DNA from: an uncultured Candidatus Saccharibacteria bacterium
GTDB lineage: Bacteria; Patescibacteriota; Minisyncoccia; Phycocordibacterales; PALSA-1337
DNA: 64,000 nt
Reading direction: 5' to 3'
Assembly: GCA_964459225.1 (NCBI GenBank)
Contig: CAYWKB010000001.1
Location: 32,356 to 96,355, forward strand
In this document: piece after piece, positions 41,361-51,554 of the stretch
Layout: each line of letters opens with the position of its first letter
Position numbering within the stretch: position 1 is the first letter of the stretch
The notes under the pieces: model-generated
Databases searched by the model: none
What the model was told of the DNA's origin: nothing
The model's input: only the letters and a program-made list of their open reading frames with translations
Translations under genes and position numbers: made by a program

Positions 41361-43262
41361 TTAGAACGCAACTAGAGGTGTAGTCAATGACTCTAGACCA
41401 TAAGTTATACTGTATGTTCTTGGAGTTGCAATGTTTGTAAGATCTGTAAAGTAAACTGAACTGATCTTAACTGTACCTGTCTTTGTTGTGTTATCACGTG
41501 TTGTATCGATTGTACTCTGGTATGTGAATGTTCTTGATCCACCAGCTGGGATAACATACATTGTTGATGTATCTCCTGAAACAACTGCCTCAGACACAAC
41601 TGTGTTTGCCCATGGTTGAGTTGTTGTAGCTGCAAATGTTGTTGTTGTTCCTAGAGCGATGTTTCCATCCTTTGAAACATACAAATCATTTGTACCTGTG
41701 TTGTTAAACTTGAATGTGAATGCGAATGTCTTCTTAACAACAGCTGAGTTACCGTTATCAACAGGAGTAACTACTACTGGTGACACTATACCTGTAACTG
41801 AAGCTCCGTTTGAAAGGAATGTCAAGTCACTTGATGTAACTGTATTAGCTCCTGAAGCTGTAACTGTTGTGTAATTACTATCAACACCAACAATGTTTGT
41901 TGTGTTTACTGTAATTGTTGTTGAAGCTATTGCTCCGTTTACAAAATCATCCTGATCAGCAACGTCTGCCATCAATGTGATTGTCTTCCATGAATCTTGT
42001 GGTAGATCTATTGTTAGATTTGAGAACACAGATGATGTAGCAACTGAATCTACATTGTACTTTGTAGCACCGTCAACAATGTACAATCTCTTGAACATAG
42101 TTGAGAAAGCTCTGTTTCTACCATTATCCTTCAATGTGAAAGTTAATGTGTTGATTGTAGAAGCTCTATTTTCTGACTTAAAGTCATATCTTCCAAGAAC
42201 AACATTTGATGTTTCACCAGATGTTGATGTTGTTTGTATACCTGTTGAAGGTGAATTTGGAGCGATCTTTACAAGGATGTTTCCTGTTGATCCTGATGAT
42301 GACAGTGTAGCTGTTCTACCTGTTGTACCAGAAACAGCAACTGTTCCTAGACCGATTGAATCTGTGTATCCCTTTCCGTTAAGAGTTCTGATTGAACCAT
42401 TTGGAACTGATACTATTACAGAAACATCTGATGATAGCTTGTCTGTTGTAGACAATACTGTTCCAGAAACAACCATTGTTCTGTCTGTACCTGGTGTAAC
42501 AACTGCATTGATACCTTCGAATCTTACTAGGTAGTCTGATCCAACTGTAATTTCAGTTGCGTCAGCTGCACTTGAAAGAGCCTTTGTAGCAACTACTGTT
42601 CCGTTACTATCCTTCAATGTAATTGTACTGAAGTACAACCATGGACGTGTATTGAATCTTACATCGAATCTTGTAACTGAAACTGGAGCAGCTGTAGCTT
42701 GAAGCTTAACAGCAACCAAGTCCTTTGTCTCACCCTTCTTTATTGTTACGTTTGATGCATAACTTGATAGAGAAGCTGTAAGAGATCCGTCTGTACCATC
42801 CATTACTAGAGCAGTTGGAGTAACTGGTGTTACTACTGTTCCTGGATTAGCTGTACATGTAAATCCTACTGGACATGCTGTTGTTGAAACTGTTGCTGAT
42901 GTTCCATTTAGAACTCCTCTTGTAAGAGGTCCTACGAATCCTGTACTTGGAAGACCAACACTAGCTTGATATGCAGAAACTGCTGACTTTGTCTGTGAAC
43001 CAAAGTATCCTGGAGCTACTGCCTTTGAACTAACAGCCTTGATATCAAAGCCCTTGCTTATAAGAAATGCTTGTAGAGCAGATACGTCTGCACCTGTACT
43101 ACCAACACTTAGATTTGCGTTATATGCTGCATTAACTGATGCTGCTCCTACGAGTGCAACTGTCAAAGCTATAACACTTGAAACTATAGTTTTCTTCATA
43201 ATAAATTTTATAATTAAATAATCTTTCTTTCGGTTAATTAATAATGTTGAAAGAAAAATCAT
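41361..43262 (-). CDS. cell-surface protein: signal peptide + peptidoglycan-binding domain (PG_binding_1-like) + long Thr/Ser/Val-rich beta-rich region; likely real start MKKTIVSS at ~43202
   Basis: GSTGADVSALQAFLISKGF...YFGSQTKSAVSAYQASVGL repeat pair typical of PG-binding domain; 633 aa. Confidence 0.5.
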   Translation of the reverse strand: MIFLSTLLINRKKDYLIIKFIMKKTIVSSVIALTVALVGAASVNAAYNANLSVGSTGADVSALQAFLISKGFDIKAVSSKAVAPGYFGSQTKSAVSAYQASVGLPSTGFVGPLTRGVLNGTSATVSTTACPVGFTCTANPGTVVTPVTPTALVMDGTDGSLTASLSSYASNVTIKKGETKDLVAVKLQATAAPVSVTRFDVRFNTRPWLYFSTITLKDSNGTVVATKALSSAADATEITVGSDYLVRFEGINAVVTPGTDRTMVVSGTVLSTTDKLSSDVSVIVSVPNGSIRTLNGKGYTDSIGLGTVAVSGTTGRTATLSSSGSTGNILVKIAPNSPSTGIQTTSTSGETSNVVLGRYDFKSENRASTINTLTFTLKDNGRNRAFSTMFKRLYIVDGATKYNVDSVATSSVFSNLTIDLPQDSWKTITLMADVADQDDFVNGAIASTTITVNTTNIVGVDSNYTTVTASGANTVTSSDLTFLSNGASVTGIVSPVVVTPVDNGNSAVVKKTFAFTFKFNNTGTNDLYVSKDGNIALGTTTTFAATTTQPWANTVVSEAVVSGDTSTMYVIPAGGSRTFTYQSTIDTTRDNTTKTGTVKISSVYFTDLTNIATPRTYSITYGLESLTTPLVAF

Positions 43263-43496
43263 TTATAAACTGATAAACCTACTGATAATTGATAATCTAA
43301 TTTCACCATTTCCCAATGCCTTGTTATCGACACAAGGCAAAAGGATTAGGCTATAAGGATTTTAGTCTGAATTTCTATCTTTAACTAACAATAAAGGTAT
43401 GGGTAAATTCGGTATTTATAACTCAATTAAATTGTCAACGAACCAAAACCGTAACTGCAGAATATTATACATCTAAATGTACGTAAACTGCAAAAG

Positions 43497-43508
43497 TTAT
43501 GTGGATAA
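43497..43508. promoter_or_regulatory. TTATGTGGATAA 12-mer (DnaA-box containing), copy 2
   Basis: exact match to 12250-12261 and 53537-53548. Confidence 0.5.
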
Positions 43509-43675
43509 CTAGGGGTTTTTGGCCATAAAGACCACATCGGTATATTACACAAAATAAGGTCGAAAGTCAATAATATACAGCTCATAATATATATAGTGTG
43601 GGATCAATTGATAATATGGCTAATTTAAGCCATATACCGGTATTTAAGATCAGGATATGATCTTGTAATCAGAGT

Positions 43676-44335
43676 CTATATTAATGAATACTTACTCCAT
43701 CTCCTTTCCCCCTCTTTCTTGATTAAACCCCTAGTAACCATATCTGTCAGCTCCCTTTGTATGGTCTTTTCACTGCAATCTGTTATCACTTTAACGAAAT
43801 CTTTTATGGTCAGATTTGAATTATTTTTTAATAGATTTATTATACTTTCCTGCCTATCTTTTTTAGGCATTTTGCCTATAGTATTTGAAGTATTTTTAAC
43901 ATTAAAACTTGATGATTTATTTTGATTATTTTTAAAATTATCTATAGACATTTCACCACTATTGTCAGTAGCAAAATAACTATTTGAAAGTACATATCCA
44001 GATAGCTCCTCCAGTGAATTGCGATTTTTCTCAATGTAAAGTTTTAATTGATTTAATTCAGTAGAGATTACATTAGTATTCATTATTGAAACCTGCTTTG
44101 ATAACTCCAAAATCTTAAGTAATGAATTAATCTTATTCAAAGAATTAATAAAAAGGTTATAAGCATAGTCCTTTTCGCTTGTTATTGGTGAATACATAAT
44201 ATGAGAATTAGAGACAAAGCTTATTGCCTCCTCGCGTATCTCCCACTTAATACAGTCACTGTCTTTTATGTTGTCTGTGATTAAATATATTGCAGATACG
44301 ATTCTTTCTGACTTTTGTACTATATAATTACTCAT
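43676..44335 (-). CDS. putative transcriptional regulator with C-terminal winged-helix HTH
   Basis: C-terminus KDRQESIINLLKNNSNLTIKDFVKVITDCSEKTIQRELTDMVTRGLIKKEG = DeoR/HTH_11-like. Confidence 0.4.
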   Translation of the reverse strand: MSNYIVQKSERIVSAIYLITDNIKDSDCIKWEIREEAISFVSNSHIMYSPITSEKDYAYNLFINSLNKINSLLKILELSKQVSIMNTNVISTELNQLKLYIEKNRNSLEELSGYVLSNSYFATDNSGEMSIDNFKNNQNKSSSFNVKNTSNTIGKMPKKDRQESIINLLKNNSNLTIKDFVKVITDCSEKTIQRELTDMVTRGLIKKEGERRWSKYSLI

Positions 44336-44508
44336 GTCTTTAATAAAATATATTATGTCTTTTTTGATTACAAAATTAAGTAATCAATGTCTTTTATAGC
44401 AAAATCAATATTTTATATGTCCATTATATAAAGGACGCAATCATATTGCAAAGAAATAATATTCTATGACATGCACAGTGAATAATTACAATGGTTATTT
44501 GATATAAT

Positions 44509-46743
44509 ATGTTATTATTATTTAATAAATATATGGCAAATAAAAAGAAAATTATTGATAGTGGTATTCCAGTAAAAAAGGAAACCAAACAAACTGTCTT
44601 TGCGGTATTGTTTTTTGTTCTAGCATTGCTATCAATATTATCTGCCATAGATGCTGCCGGTAAAGTTGGTACTTATGCATACAAACACCTAGCAATACTA
44701 TTTGGAATGGGTTATTTCCTTATACCTATTTCTTTTATAATGACCGCTATCGCTTTTATTATGGGTGTTAAAGCGGAATTCAAAATATCAAAAATAATAA
44801 GTATATTTCTGTTTTTCTTTTCTGGTTTAGGACTTATGGGACTACTTGTTGCAAATGAGGGCGGAATTGTTGGTAAATGGATACTATATCCTTTTATTAA
44901 TTTATTTGATGTTTATGCAACCGCAGCGATACTTATAGCATGTATATGTATTTCAGTGATTATAACTTTTGAAATGCATATAACGGCTGAGAGTTTAAAA
45001 TTTTGGAAATGGTTCCATAGGGATGAGGATGAATTAGAGTCAGTGGATACTGTTGATATTGAAGATGATGAATTTTCTGATATCAAATCAGAAAACCGCA
45101 TCAACAAAGCAGTGCAGGATGTAGAAAATAATATAAAGAAAAATGAAAAAGCAGAAAAGATAGCAAAAGATGAGGTTCAAGATATTGTAATGAGTAAATC
45201 ATATATCAATAAAGAGTTTACTCCTCCACCACTTTCATTACTTGAAAAAGACAAGGGTAAACCAGAAACTGGAGATATAAAAGCTAATGCAAATATAATA
45301 AAAAGAACTCTACAAAATTTCGGTATCAGTGTTGAAATGGATGAAATATCTATTGGACCCTCAGTTACAAGATATGCATTAAAGCCCGCTGAAGGCGTTA
45401 AACTCTCAAAAATAGTCGGACTAAATAATGATCTTGCCTTGGCACTTGCCGCACATCCGATAAGAATAGAGGCCCCCATACCAGGCAAATCACTAGTCGG
45501 TATCGAAATTCCAAATACCACAAAGACCACAGTGGGACTTGCAACACTTTTGGGTTCTGATGAATATCAAGGTTCAGATAAACCATTACTTATTTCACTG
45601 GGTAAAGGTATTTCAGGTAAATCATTTTTTTCAAATCTTGCAAAAGCACCACATATGCTTATAGCGGGTACAACTGGTTCTGGTAAATCAGTAACAATTC
45701 ACGCGATTATAACCTCTTTGCTATTTAGAAATTCTCCTGAAAATCTAAAATTCATAATGATTGATCCTAAAAGAGTTGAATTAACTTTGTACAATAAAAT
45801 CCCTCATCTCTTAACACCAGTTATAACTGATGCAAAAAAGGCAATTTTGGCACTAAAGTGGGCGGCAAAGGAAATGAGTAGAAGATACGATATATTAGAA
45901 AAAAACACAGTAAGGGATATTGATTCATATCACAAAACTGTTTTGGCTCCAGCATTAAAAAACAAAAAGTCAGGCGATGATGAAACCAAATTACCTGAAT
46001 CGATGCCTTATATCGTAATCGTATTGGATGAATTGGCCGATATTATGCAGACATATCCAAGAGAGCTTGAATCAGCAATAGTAAGACTTGCACAAATGAG
46101 CCGTGCTGTTGGTATACATTTAATACTATCAACACAAAGACCTAGTGTTAATGTTATTACAGGGTTAATCAAAGCAAATGTACCAACAAGAGTTGCGCTT
46201 CAAGTTTCTGCACAGATAGACTCAAGAACTATTTTGGATACTGGAGGAGCTGAAAAGCTATTGGGTGCAGGAGATATGCTCTATCTTGGCTCTGAAATGT
46301 CAAAACCACAGAGATTACAATCAGCATATATCACTGAGCGTGAAGTTAAAGAGGTAGTTAAATATCTTGCTGACACATATAAAGATGAAATTATGGGTGA
46401 AATAAATCTAGCAGTACCTGAGGCTGGCAAAGATGCCATATTTGAGGCAAATTTTGATTCTGATAGCGAAGATTTAGGAGATGAAGATGAATTACTAGGT
46501 CAGGCAAAACAAATTGTAGTTGAAAGCGGCAAGGCATCTACTTCATGGTTACAAAGGAAATTAGGCATAGGATATTCAAGGGCTGCCAAATTAATTGATT
46601 TACTTGAGAGTAAAGGTATAGTTGGTCCTGCCAATGGTTCAAAACCAAGAGAAGTTTATGGAAATGATTCTCCATCTCAATCAACTGAAGATATATCAAG
46701 TACAGGCGAAGACACAATACAATCAAATCGTGATAGTATCTAA
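44509..46743 (+). CDS. ftsK: DNA translocase FtsK/SpoIIIE (N-terminal TM, motor domain, C-terminal gamma domain); start possibly MANKKK at 44536
   Basis: GTTGSGKSV Walker A, DELAD, gamma-domain WLQRKLGIGYSRAAKLIDLLE. Confidence 0.85.
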   Translation: MLLLFNKYMANKKKIIDSGIPVKKETKQTVFAVLFFVLALLSILSAIDAAGKVGTYAYKHLAILFGMGYFLIPISFIMTAIAFIMGVKAEFKISKIISIFLFFFSGLGLMGLLVANEGGIVGKWILYPFINLFDVYATAAILIACICISVIITFEMHITAESLKFWKWFHRDEDELESVDTVDIEDDEFSDIKSENRINKAVQDVENNIKKNEKAEKIAKDEVQDIVMSKSYINKEFTPPPLSLLEKDKGKPETGDIKANANIIKRTLQNFGISVEMDEISIGPSVTRYALKPAEGVKLSKIVGLNNDLALALAAHPIRIEAPIPGKSLVGIEIPNTTKTTVGLATLLGSDEYQGSDKPLLISLGKGISGKSFFSNLAKAPHMLIAGTTGSGKSVTIHAIITSLLFRNSPENLKFIMIDPKRVELTLYNKIPHLLTPVITDAKKAILALKWAAKEMSRRYDILEKNTVRDIDSYHKTVLAPALKNKKSGDDETKLPESMPYIVIVLDELADIMQTYPRELESAIVRLAQMSRAVGIHLILSTQRPSVNVITGLIKANVPTRVALQVSAQIDSRTILDTGGAEKLLGAGDMLYLGSEMSKPQRLQSAYITEREVKEVVKYLADTYKDEIMGEINLAVPEAGKDAIFEANFDSDSEDLGDEDELLGQAKQIVVESGKASTSWLQRKLGIGYSRAAKLIDLLESKGIVGPANGSKPREVYGNDSPSQSTEDISSTGEDTIQSNRDSI

Positions 46744-46745
46744 GC

Positions 46746-47102
46746 ATGAATAGATATGAATTCAAGAAATTAATAGCTGCTGTTATTTTTGTCCTAATTA
46801 CTTTTTTTATACTTGGATATGTGTATTTTGCATCAAGAGACTATATCAAAGGCCCATCGATTGAAATAACTGAACCAGAAAACGGTATATCAACAAGCAC
46901 ATCAACAGTAAAGGTTCTAGGTAAGGCACTTAGGATTAAAGAAATAACATTAAATGGTAAACCCCTACTTATCGATAAACAAGGAAACTTCAATGAAACA
47001 CTTTTACTTGCCCCTGGTTACAATGTTTCAATGATAAATGCTATAGATAAATTTAATAGAACTATTGAATACAAATTAGAACTTGTCTATAAAAAAGATT
47101 AG
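46746..47102 (+). CDS. membrane-anchored hypothetical protein
   Basis: 118 aa, N-terminal TM. Confidence 0.35.
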   Translation: MNRYEFKKLIAAVIFVLITFFILGYVYFASRDYIKGPSIEITEPENGISTSTSTVKVLGKALRIKEITLNGKPLLIDKQGNFNETLLLAPGYNVSMINAIDKFNRTIEYKLELVYKKD

Positions 47103-47157
47103 TAGATTGTAGTAGAATATATGTAGTACCCTGGAATTATTTTTAATAACTATACAT

Positions 47158-48276
47158 ATGGCAAAGAAAACAAAAGACGTAAAGGAAGAATTGAATGAAG
47201 TTGAAGAAAAATTTGAAGAATTAGATAGTGAAGGTGAAGAAATAAAAAATAGCAAAAACAAAAAGGAACAGAAAAAAATAGATCATGCAGGTGGTATAAA
47301 CTCTACTCTTGATGCAATACGTTCAAAGTTCGGCGATGAGTCTATAATGAAGCTTGGTGATAAGCCAAAGGTAAATGTAAATGCAATTCCTACAGGCTCA
47401 ATAGGACTTGATGCAGCACTTGGTATAGGAGGAATGCCTAGAGGAAGAATAGTCGAAATATTCGGCCCAGAATCATCTGGAAAGACAACATTATCATTAC
47501 ATGTAATCGCTGAAGCACAAAAGCTTGGTGGTATATGTGCTTTTATTGATGCTGAGCATGCTATGGATCCAGATTATGCAAAGAGACTTGGTGTTAAAAC
47601 AGAAGAATTACTAATATCACAACCAGATACAGGAGAACAAGCCCTTGGTATTGTTGAAAGTCTTGTGAATTCAGGAAAAATGGACGTGATAGTGATAGAC
47701 TCTGTCGCAGCCCTTACTCCAAAAGATGAAATCGAGGGAGATATGGGAGCATTTCATGTTGGAAAGCAGGCAAGACTTATGTCACAAGCTCTAAGGAAAC
47801 TCACAAGTATAGTAGCAAAGTCAAAGACAGTTGTGATATTCATCAATCAAATAAGAATGCAAATAGGAGTTATGTTCGGTAATCCAGAGACAACACCAGG
47901 AGGCAAAGCATTAAAATTTTATACTTCAGTAAGATTAGATATACGTAGAATAGCACAAATCAAAAAAGGAGAAGAAATAATGGGAGGTAGAGTGCGTGTG
48001 AAAGTAGTTAAAAACAAAGTCGCTGCCCCATTTAGGCAAACTGAATTTGATTTAATGTACAATGAAGGAATATCACAGGAAGGTGAAATCATAGCTCTAG
48101 GTGAAAAGATGGGTATAATAACAAAATCAGGTACATCATATTCATATAAAAAGGAAAACGATGAGGTTAAACTAGGTAGAGGATATGATGCGACAAGACA
48201 GTTTTTAAAGGAAAATACACCCATCAAAAACGAAATCCTAAAGAAAATAAGAGTAGAACTTGCACAAGCCAAATAA
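47158..48276 (+). CDS. recA: recombinase RecA with ~45-aa acidic/lysine-rich N-terminal extension
   Basis: [10 protein letters not shown] Walker A, full RecA core; extension [28 protein letters not shown]. Confidence 0.9.
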   Translation: MAKKTKDVKEELNEVEEKFEELDSEGEEIKNSKNKKEQKKIDHAGGINSTLDAIRSKFGDESIMKLGDKPKVNVNAIPTGSIGLDAALGIGGMPRGRIVEIFGPESSGKTTLSLHVIAEAQKLGGICAFIDAEHAMDPDYAKRLGVKTEELLISQPDTGEQALGIVESLVNSGKMDVIVIDSVAALTPKDEIEGDMGAFHVGKQARLMSQALRKLTSIVAKSKTVVIFINQIRMQIGVMFGNPETTPGGKALKFYTSVRLDIRRIAQIKKGEEIMGGRVRVKVVKNKVAAPFRQTEFDLMYNEGISQEGEIIALGEKMGIITKSGTSYSYKKENDEVKLGRGYDATRQFLKENTPIKNEILKKIRVELAQAK

Positions 48277-48287
48277 TGGTGTAATAT

Positions 48288-48875
48288 GTGAATACTATGT
48301 CAATGTTAGAATATAATGAAGTTGTAGAAAGGAAATATATAGTTATGGATGGTCAGCCTTATGAGGTTATTTCTTCTCATGTTTTCAGAAAACAACAGAG
48401 AAAGCCTGTTAATGCTACTAAGCTTAAAAATCTTTTTAGTGGAAAGGTAACAGAATATTCATTCCATGTATCTGAAAAGGTTGAAGAGGCAGAAATAGAA
48501 TCAAGAGAGGTTAAGTATTTATACGAAAATAAAGGAAAAGGTGAATATTGGTTTTGCCTACCAACAGATCCTAGTAAGAGATTTAGTTTTACAGGCGACA
48601 AAGTTGGTAATCAAATCAAATACATTAAGCCAAATACAATAATCACAGAATTAATGTTCCGTGAACAAACTATTGGTTTTAAAATCCCTATAGTAGTAGA
48701 GCTTAAGGTTACAGAAGCCCCACCAAATGTTAAAGGTGATAGTGCAACAGGTGGAAATAAAATCATTACACTTGAGACAGGAGCAACAATAAACGCACCA
48801 CTCTTTGTAAATGAAGGCGATATCGTTAGAGTAAATACTGAAACTGAAGAATATAAAGATAGAGTGGGTAAATAA
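48288..48875 (+). CDS. efp: elongation factor P-like protein (EF-P fold), loop lacking canonical KPGKG
   Basis: three-domain EF-P pattern (GQPYEV..., KLKNLFSG); loop reads QQRKPVNATK. Confidence 0.6.
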   Translation: MNTMSMLEYNEVVERKYIVMDGQPYEVISSHVFRKQQRKPVNATKLKNLFSGKVTEYSFHVSEKVEEAEIESREVKYLYENKGKGEYWFCLPTDPSKRFSFTGDKVGNQIKYIKPNTIITELMFREQTIGFKIPIVVELKVTEAPPNVKGDSATGGNKIITLETGATINAPLFVNEGDIVRVNTETEEYKDRVGK

Positions 48876-48885
48876 CATATAAGTA

Positions 48886-48920
48886 AAACAAAAACCGAGA
48901 TTATCTCGGTTTTTGTTTTG
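48886..48920. terminator. hairpin AACCGAGAT-tatc-TCGGTT + T-run, bidirectional between efp and rpsR
   Basis: read directly. Confidence 0.6.
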
Positions 48921-48940
48921 TTTGTATTCCCTTTTTACTA

Positions 48941-49144
48941 TTACATTGCTACATATGGAAGTAATCCCATAAATCTAGCTCTCTTAACTGCAATAGATAA
49001 TTGTCTTTGACTTCTTGCACATACTCCTGTCTTTTTCCTACTAATCATACGAGCATGAGGATTAAGAAACTTTTTTAGTATTTCAGTATCCTTATAGTCT
49101 ATATGCTTAATATTGTTTTGTAAAAAATAACACTGTTTATTCAT
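48941..49144 (-). CDS. rpsR: 30S ribosomal protein S18
   Basis: 67 aa, ...KKTGVCARSQRQLSIAVKRARFMGLLPY. Confidence 0.85.
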   Translation of the reverse strand: MNKQCYFLQNNIKHIDYKDTEILKKFLNPHARMISRKKTGVCARSQRQLSIAVKRARFMGLLPYVAM

Positions 49145-49167
49145 ATTTTTAATTTATTTTAATAATT

Positions 49168-49632
49168 TTAGAATGGTATATCATCTGGATTAATTTCTTC
49201 TTCTGGATAATCTATTGTATCTACTGGAGCATTATCCTTTGTATTATCTTCAGATGCTGGCATTCCCTTTGCATCCTTTGATGGAGATGATGCTACTGCA
49301 CCTGAACTCTTTGGACCAAACTGTATTTTATCTGCTACTATTTCTGTTCTGTACTTTTTTTGTCCATCCTGACCGTCCCATGTTCGTGTTTGAAGTCTTC
49401 CTTCAACATATACTCCACTTCCTCTCTTTAAGTATTGTCCGACTATTTCAGCCTGACGACCAAATACAACAATATTGTGGAAATCAGCTGCTTCTTTTTT
49501 TGCACCTGATTGATCCTTCCAAACACGATTTGTTGCTACACTAAATGAGCAAACTTTACTTCCTGATGGCAATGCTTTTATTTCTGGATCTTTGGTTATA
49601 TTTCCATAGATCATTACTTTGTTTAAGTACAT
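49168..49632 (-). CDS. ssb: single-stranded DNA-binding protein
   Basis: OB-fold core, C-terminal acidic tail ending DDIPF. Confidence 0.85.
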   Translation of the reverse strand: MYLNKVMIYGNITKDPEIKALPSGSKVCSFSVATNRVWKDQSGAKKEAADFHNIVVFGRQAEIVGQYLKRGSGVYVEGRLQTRTWDGQDGQKKYRTEIVADKIQFGPKSSGAVASSPSKDAKGMPASEDNTKDNAPVDTIDYPEEEINPDDIPF

Positions 49633-49658
49633 ATTTTTTAGAGTTAAGTTAATAAAAA

Positions 49659-50147
49659 CTACGCCTCTTTCACCATAGCATCAATACTTTTATCCATTTC
49701 TTCAGTTAATACAACTGGAGCTGCTTCTACACCCTCCACAACCTCTACATTTACATCTGCTTGAGGTTCTGGCATTGGCTCTGTAGACTTTTTGCCCAAA
49801 TATGTATTTTCCTTAACTGTTGTTATAAGCAACATACGGAGCATATTTACATTTTCCTCAAATGCCTTTTTAACAGCTTCGATTTCCTTTGTGTCTAGCT
49901 CAAATTTGAACCATCCAAAGTATCCCTTATCAAATCTATGATTTGTAGGGCCTATCTTTTTAATCATTGTATAGGCCAATGTTCTAAGCTCTGGAGCTTC
50001 TTCCCCTATAAATTGAGCGTTCTTTTTTGTTAAAATTTCTTTTAACTTTAAGACCTCAGACTCAACTTTTTCTTCTGGTATGCTTGAAACAAGCAAATAA
50101 CCTATTTCATATACCTGAGACTTACTTTCCTTTAAATTTTCCTTCAT
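49659..50147 (-). CDS. rpsF: 30S ribosomal protein S6 with extended acidic C-terminus
   Basis: YEIGYLL...RTLAY motif; rpsF-ssb-rpsR synteny. Confidence 0.75.
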   Translation of the reverse strand: MKENLKESKSQVYEIGYLLVSSIPEEKVESEVLKLKEILTKKNAQFIGEEAPELRTLAYTMIKKIGPTNHRFDKGYFGWFKFELDTKEIEAVKKAFEENVNMLRMLLITTVKENTYLGKKSTEPMPEPQADVNVEVVEGVEAAPVVLTEEMDKSIDAMVKEA

Positions 50148-50350
50148 TTGTTTATACCTAATGGTAATAGTGACAGTAATTTACCCTCATTTCTAAAAGA
50201 AATTTAGTAAAGCATGGCCCGTGCTATTGCCAAGACTGTTCACGTTATGTAGTTGATAAAATGCACGTAAATGCAGATTAACATGTTAATTGATGGAAAT
50301 CAAGGTATTAACCATGGTGAAATGGTTAAATAAACGATAACAAATTGAAA

Positions 50351-50395
50351 TGAAATCCGTATAAAATATTAATAAAATCTAAATGAAATTTTTAT
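50351..50395. repeat. intergenic repeat element copy B (TGAAATCC..ATAAAAT..AATAAAATCTAAATGAAATTTTTAT)
   Basis: 25-nt core identical to 39977-40001; flanking ATAAAATCT/AGATTTTAT inverted repeat. Confidence 0.6.
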
Positions 50396-50425
50396 TAAGA
50401 TTTTATCCTGATCAAAAGTTATTAT

Positions 50426-51253
50426 TTAACTTAGTTTAAATAATTCCTTTGCATTATTGACTATTTGATTTAGTACCATTTCCCTATCTTCCCCTCTTAT
50501 ATCGGCAATTGCATGTGCAATTTCGATAACATGACTTGGTTCATTCCTCATCATATGACCGCGCTTCCTATACGGTAATGGGGTTACATATGGCGCATCT
50601 GTTTCAGACATAATCATATTAAGTGGAGCACTTTTAACTATTTCATCGTAATCTCTCACAAAAGTTATCACACCTGTAAATGAAATTCTAAATCCTAAAT
50701 CTATAAAAGCTTTTGCTTCATCAAGTGATCCAGCAAAAAAGTGTGCATCACCGTGAACCTTTGCATGTTTTTTAAGTATTTCCAATGCATCATTGTATGC
50801 ATTTTCCTTTTTATCTAAGCTACTTCTTAGATGTAACATAAGTGGTTTATTTACTTCATTAGCTAATTGTATTTGTTTTTCAAAAACCTTTTTTTGTAAA
50901 TCTTTATCTATTCCCTTTTCCTCGTTGTATTTATTTTTAAAATAATCAAAACCACATTCACCAATTCCTACAACTTTATTATGTTCTGCTAATTTCTTAT
51001 ATTCATGATAGGCAAATTCACCATCAATTACTTCGCATGGTATTTCAACTGGATGCAATCCTATAATTGCCCATATTCCCTCATTTTGTTCTGCTATTTC
51101 CACTGCCCTTTTAGATGATTGTAGATTTGTACCGACAATTATTATTCCGACACCTTTTTCCTTACATCTATCTATAACCTCCTGTCTATCCAAATTAAAA
51201 TCATCAAAATTTATATGACAATGTATATCTATGTATTTCATCTTATCTATCAC
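50426..51253 (-). CDS. tatD: TatD-family metal-dependent hydrolase/DNase
   Basis: IDIHCHINFDDF..., 275 aa TIM-barrel hydrolase pattern. Confidence 0.75.
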   Translation of the reverse strand: MIDKMKYIDIHCHINFDDFNLDRQEVIDRCKEKGVGIIIVGTNLQSSKRAVEIAEQNEGIWAIIGLHPVEIPCEVIDGEFAYHEYKKLAEHNKVVGIGECGFDYFKNKYNEEKGIDKDLQKKVFEKQIQLANEVNKPLMLHLRSSLDKKENAYNDALEILKKHAKVHGDAHFFAGSLDEAKAFIDLGFRISFTGVITFVRDYDEIVKSAPLNMIMSETDAPYVTPLPYRKRGHMMRNEPSHVIEIAHAIADIRGEDREMVLNQIVNNAKELFKLS

Positions 51254-51551
51254 CTGCTTTAACTTCTAAAAAATCCGATGATACGTATTCAACTTTGTTT
51301 GAGGACCTAAATATATTTTTGATATCCTGATATGCACCTATAACATTTGCGGTTAGAGTTGAAACTGGAGTTTCGACTGTATTTCCATCTGGTAACTTTT
51401 TGACAATTATTTGAGAAGTATTTTGATTTACTGAAATCATCCATCCAGCAAACAAAATAAAGGAAAAAGAAAAAGACACAAGAAAAGCAAATCTCTTTTT
51501 GATATGTTCTGGTTTTTCTCTTAAATTTTCAATAAAATTATTTAAACTCAT
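51243..51551 (-). CDS. membrane-anchored hypothetical protein
   Basis: 102 aa, TM after N-terminal basic region. Confidence 0.35.
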   Translation of the reverse strand: MSLNNFIENLREKPEHIKKRFAFLVSFSFSFILFAGWMISVNQNTSQIIVKKLPDGNTVETPVSTLTANVIGAYQDIKNIFRSSNKVEYVSSDFLEVKAGDR

Positions 51552-51554
51552 ATT

